A program made the position numbers and the translations under genes. From Raillietiella orientalis (Eukaryota), in assembly GCA_036172245.1 (NCBI GenBank), contig JAYWIR010000006.1, positions 4,960,001 through 5,024,000 of the forward strand: a stretch of DNA of 64,000 nucleotides, given 5' to 3'. Positions 59,460 through 64,000 of the stretch are shown in pieces. Position 1 is the stretch's first letter; each line of letters starts with the position of its first letter. The notes under the pieces were generated by a model, which saw only the letters and a program-made list of their open reading frames with translations, had not been told where the DNA came from and ran no database searches.

Positions 59460-60554
59460 ATGGAAGAATCAATGGAGGGTTTGCCCGTTACAAAGGTGAC
59501 GAGAGGAGTAAATATCGTGGACATCAGCCCGCGTCTGAGCCCATGCGGTTGCGGCCTCCACTCCCAGAGGCGCCTGGGAGTGGTCCGCTCTTGCTGACGC
59601 CAGCAGGGTCACCTCCTTCCGACTGGATCGCCCCACAGGGCGGTCCAGTCGAAGGGAATAGGTGAGTCGAATGCCCGTGTTTGAGACCGTACGACTGCGG
59701 CCTCTGGTGCGGCACTTCATGCTTCTGCCAGGCAGCGGGGATCTCAACTGACCGCGTGCCTCAAGATGCCGCGCACAGGCAGGTGCCAACGCCGCATGCG
59801 GTTTTTTTTTTCGACCGTCGAGGCCACGATTCCGAAGTAGAGGTGCGGCTCCAATTCCCCCGGGGGTTGGCACGGGGACGTGGCAAAGAAACAACGAGAT
59901 CTCCCAGCTCCTCGGCGGCATCACGGGACGAGCTCTTTGAGGGGAGCTGCATTCCTCGTCCTGGGAGTTCAAGTTGCGCAGATGAGCGTCTTGCCGTGAC
60001 CTCCAAAGCCCCGCTGGCAGACGTCGTCGTCGGTGCGGCGCCTCCTGTCGCACCAATCGCGACTCTTTGCTGCTGCACGGCACGGCACGGCGCCGAGAGA
60101 GGTCAGCAAGGATGGAACGCCTGCTATTCTCATGACGACTTCCTCCTTGCAGGAGACAGTGGAACGCCTCCCCTCCTGGTTAGACGTTGCAGGGACTTGT
60201 CTCCGTCCTTCACCGGAGGCCTGGATTCCTTGGCAACCGTCAGTTGACTTCCATCGCCACCACTCACACTACTCCCAACCCCTTCCACTTAGATGATCAC
60301 GTCTTGTTTACCCACTCTGTTTATTCGACTGCTGCCCTTTCCCTCTACTTCCCGATGTAGTCCCCCCCCCCCCCCATGCCCGTCGCCTGGCACCTCCCGT
60401 ATTATACGGATTGAGGCATTCTGTGTTCGGGAGTGAGGCGTCGGGCGCCTCCGGGTGCGAGGGGCGAGGTGAGACGGTCGCCACCGCAGCCTGCGGTACG
60501 CGTTGCATGGCAGCCTCCCCGTCGAGTGCTTCTCTCACGAAGCAGGCCAACACC

Positions 60555-60760
60555 ACCTACTGGTATAGGTCCCCACCCTCTTTGGGGTTGAGTGTCCCTC
60601 TTGGAGAGGACCCCCCATTTTGGAGAGACCCTCCGTAGAGGAGGTGTGTCGTCACCTCTCCAGAGAGTGCAAAGAAGTGTGCCGCTACCTTCGGGGAGCG
60701 CCCTCCAGATAAAATTCGGAAGCGTTTCTTCGGGGTTCTCTTCAGAGGAGTAAAACAGCA
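60555..60760 (+). mobile_element. Hairpin-array SINE body fragment
   Basis: GTCGTCACCTCTCCAGAGAGTGC...TTCGGAAGCGTTTCTTCGGGGTTCTCTTCAGAGGAGT closely matches 55955-56070. Confidence 0.7.
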
Positions 60761-60899
60761 CGGGCGGCTTGCCAGCTCCAGGAGGTTCAACCTACTGACG
60801 CGCTTGCAAGACCACACACCAAATCACAAGTGGACTCGTCCAGGTCAGTCATTGTTTTGATGATGCTCCCTGAGATGTAACTGAGTGGTCTCATCGCCT

Positions 60900-62230
60900 T
60901 GAATCCAGCTAACCACACAAGCGGCTACACGCTGCCAGCATCCGTGCATCTCAACCGACGAAGAATCCGGAAAACATGAATTACGCAGTGGTGACAGAAC
61001 CACAGAAGTGAGAACCACGGGTGAGAACCATGGAAGACAGGAGGCTTGTTGCGAACCGTAGTTCAGTCGGCAAAGTTCCCTGCATGCATATGACCTTTCG
61101 GATGACCATCGACTGACCTCGAAACGGCTCGAGACATCAGACCAGAGCTCAACAGGAGCGAACGCTGAATGCATTTCAAACCACCGGCAGAGTGGGGCTC
61201 GCGTACATCCTTGTGTGACGTCTCCGCAACGCCTGGATCTCCTGCAGCCCCACAAACGGCAGTGCCCGGCTTCAGGAAACCGTTCACACGTGGACGAGGA
61301 GCCAAGAGCGATTCCCGGAAGAGGCGCGACGTTCCCTGTACGGGCCCAGCAACTACTGCTCCCTCCGGAGATCCTGGAACACCCATTGAAGAGTGCTTAG
61401 GCAGGATTAACGATCTCTTTTGCTGCAGCGCTGCCCTCCCTGGGGGAACAAATGGGCAGCACCCTTGAGGCTAGACGGATGGTTTCTCCGAAAGGACTGG
61501 GACTGGGAGAGTGGACGACGGGCTGGCTTACGGACGCTGAGACAACGAGTGCCATCCCCGAGGACTTTTGCGCTGGAGCGAGCTACTGTGTATTCCGGAG
61601 TAAGACCTGCAGTGCCCGCCAGTGCTCTTGGACAGATGCAATTCGGTACGTCCGGGAGTGCAGGATTTTCCGGAGCCAACAGAGAGAGAGATCTCCAGTG
61701 AACTCTTGGACCGGAAGTTGCGTGGCTGCTCTCGGGAGCCAAGGATCGCCATCCCTGGTCCCGTCCTTCACGTGCCGCTACTCGCCTTCTCTCTTCACTG
61801 GAGGAATCATCGATCGCGTGCGCTGCCACCGCGGCTCAAGGCGCTGGCGGCGGCGCTCCACCGTTGCCGGCCCCGTCTTCCTGGCCACCGGCGAAGAGTG
61901 GACGGTTGCTTGGCTCACTTCCTCGCTCAGACGCCAAGCATGAAGAGGCGCCTGCGCGCGATTCACCGTTCGGAAAACGTGCTGCTGCCTCGCTGGTGGA
62001 AAGCGGGGGAAGGCGTGCTCTCTGCTCCCCGAAGCAAAGTGAGAGCGACCTCCTGTAGTGAGGAAAGTCATTCCCAAAGGAGACGGCTCCTGCGACTTTC
62101 CTAGGAGTGTCTTTCTCGGGAGCTCCTCCTCCTCGGTTGAGTCGATCGGCGAGTGTCGAACGTGACAGTGGCAGCCGCGTGCGAGTGGAGTCCGCTCGCT
62201 TGCGGGAGTCAGGGAGCCCAGATGTCGAGC
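60900..62230 (-). mobile_element. Highly degenerate non-LTR RT remnant, possibly Utopia-like
   Basis: GDPWLP...LSLCWLRKI...ASVQEH and downstream eroded RT-like segments; many frameshifts. Confidence 0.4.
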
Positions 62231-62242
62231 GGCGCCCGCCGA

Positions 62243-63025
62243 AAAAATCCCGAACGATCGTTAAAAATAAATACACATGATTATCCTGTACGTTAATATG
62301 TATATTTATAGAGAGAGTAATGTATATTGAAGATCATAAGTAGGTTATATATACATTATGTATGTTAAAGTTCACATAAAATAAGTATATGTGCCTAATA
62401 TGTGTATTAGCATATATGTGTACATATAATCAATACACATGAAATGAATATATAAGTATCGAAGTGGAAGCATGTATATTCATCGAACGATCAAAATACC
62501 GAAGAGAGAATTCGCCAGTTCCTGAGGGACTATCATTTCTTCAGTGCTGGAAGTGAAAGGAAAATGAAATGCAATGCAATTTCCTTTTTGGTTTTTCTTA
62601 ATTTGTTTGCTTTTTCATTTTTTTTCTCCCGCCATTTCTAATTGTCACCACTGCTTGTTTGTTATTTAAAATTCGATATTTCTATATTTCTTTCATATAT
62701 ATTTATTACACATACTCATATATATGATATTATCGTATTTTTTATAATATTTAATATACATATTAATAATACACTGATGCAAATATTAAATATATCAATA
62801 ATATGTATGTAAATGAATATTAATAAATGTGCATGTCAAAATAAATCTGCATATTAACATATATATATATGATAGTAGCATACATAATATATGTGTTTAC
62901 GTTTTATAATCTCCTGATAAGATATATTAATCTATGTATCGATCTATATATGAACATGTATATTAACATATATAAGAGACATATGTGTTTATTTTTAAGA
63001 TATTTCGGGATGTTGAACCAAACCC
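62243..63025. mobile_element. AT-rich MITE/foldback-like element, copy 2 (opposite orientation to copy 1)
   Basis: Inverted arms ATCCCGAA...TTAAAAATAAATACACAT (~62247-62278) and ATGTGTTTATTTTTAA...TTCGGGAT (~62983-63011). Core is the reverse-complement homolog of 20440-20640. Confidence 0.72.
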
Positions 63026-64000
63026 TGTTCGAGAGTTTTCGAACTGGCATTTGTTCGCTGCTCCGTTGGGTAGGTGGAGGCACTTTTTTTTTACCAGGAT
63101 ACTTCAAACTTTTGAAAATGGTCCAGGTTGGGATAGAAAAGAACTCTAATGACATCTTTCTTTTGGCAGGAGGACATTTTATGGTTGTAAATAGGCCTTC
63201 GTCTTTGCCACTATTTCCCACCTCATGGGAGTCGGATGAAATAGCTCGAGCTCGAATGCTTTTCCCAAGTATCCGTATGCTTCTCCTGCTTGCAAGTACG
63301 GGATGTCTTGCCCACTGTTACGGTTACAGCCTTGCATCCCTTGGGGTTGTAGCAGAGACGTGTAGCGTGACACAAGTACGGGGATGGAACTACAGGAAAA
63401 CTAGCTTTCTAGGATTGGCGATCTTTCGGTTAGTTCCTCACGTGACTCTGCCAGCATCACCAAGTCATCAGCATGCAACAAAAAAAAAACATTCCTACCC
63501 TAACGATGCCCGCTCGCTTTCTAAGTAAAATTGGCTCTGTGGAAATGATGAACCATAAGGCACTTACGGACATCTTGCTTAACTCCCCTTCTACTTCTGA
63601 AACCCCTGGTATCTTGCCCGTCAGGCTAGACGAATGTGGTTTCATCAGCATGTAGAGCTTCAACGCGGAGCACATATTCTGTACCAGACTGGACCGATGG
63701 ATCCATGAAGTCTGAATGATCTGCGGCGAGACTATTGCAAGAACATCCGCAAGACCTATGAGTACAGATCCTTGGATTACCGTCTGGAGTGAGTCCAAGT
63801 GCGCCTGGGGTGTGAAAAGTTATTCTACGACTTCATCCAAGGGAAAAAAAAAACGCTTTTCTTGGAGGCGGATTCTCCCATCCTCCATTATCCAGCATCT
63901 CAAATGCTGGGATGTAGCATGTAGCCGGTCAACACTGCGCCTGCTAAGATTGCTCTGCACTCGTTAATGCCATCGTATAAGAAGGAACATTTCTGAAGAA
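63026..64000 (-). mobile_element. Degenerate NeSL/Utopia-like RT remnant running off the window end
   Basis: GFRSRRGVKQ, and IPYLQAGEAYGYLGKAFELELF, which is homologous to IPYIALSQAHKYLGKPFGVKVF at ~28290-28360. Confidence 0.65.

Overview
Eukaryotic (arthropod-type) nuclear DNA, not prokaryotic. I assembled four spliced genes by hand: a Gln/Tyr/Ser-rich pro-resilin-like chitin-binding cuticular protein (+, ~1.0-3.1 kb), DTD1 (-, 42.7-51.4 kb), SIRT5 (+, 52.0-53.1 kb) and IFT46 (-, 53.1-54.5 kb). Most introns are very short (34-60 nt). DTD1 and SIRT5 are head-to-head, and the SIRT5 and IFT46 coding sequences overlap tail-to-tail by 14 nt. The rest is mostly decayed mobile DNA: about seven L1/Tx1-like LINE pieces, five of them ending in an AATAAA plus CCCGG-loop-CCGGG 3' hairpin; five NeSL/Utopia-like retrotransposon remnants; an internally deleted mariner; two AT-rich MITE-like elements; and a possible gypsy gag remnant. 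There is also a multi-copy tRNA-headed SINE-like family whose body is a chain of hairpins, several with cUUCGg loops. A decayed Wolbachia-like pheT fragment (~15.8-16.1 kb) and a 3'-half 5S rRNA fragment (~59.4 kb) are present. Most long GC-rich ORFs in the supplied track are shadow ORFs. Family assignments come from recalled motifs, not database searches, and boundaries of decayed elements are approximate.
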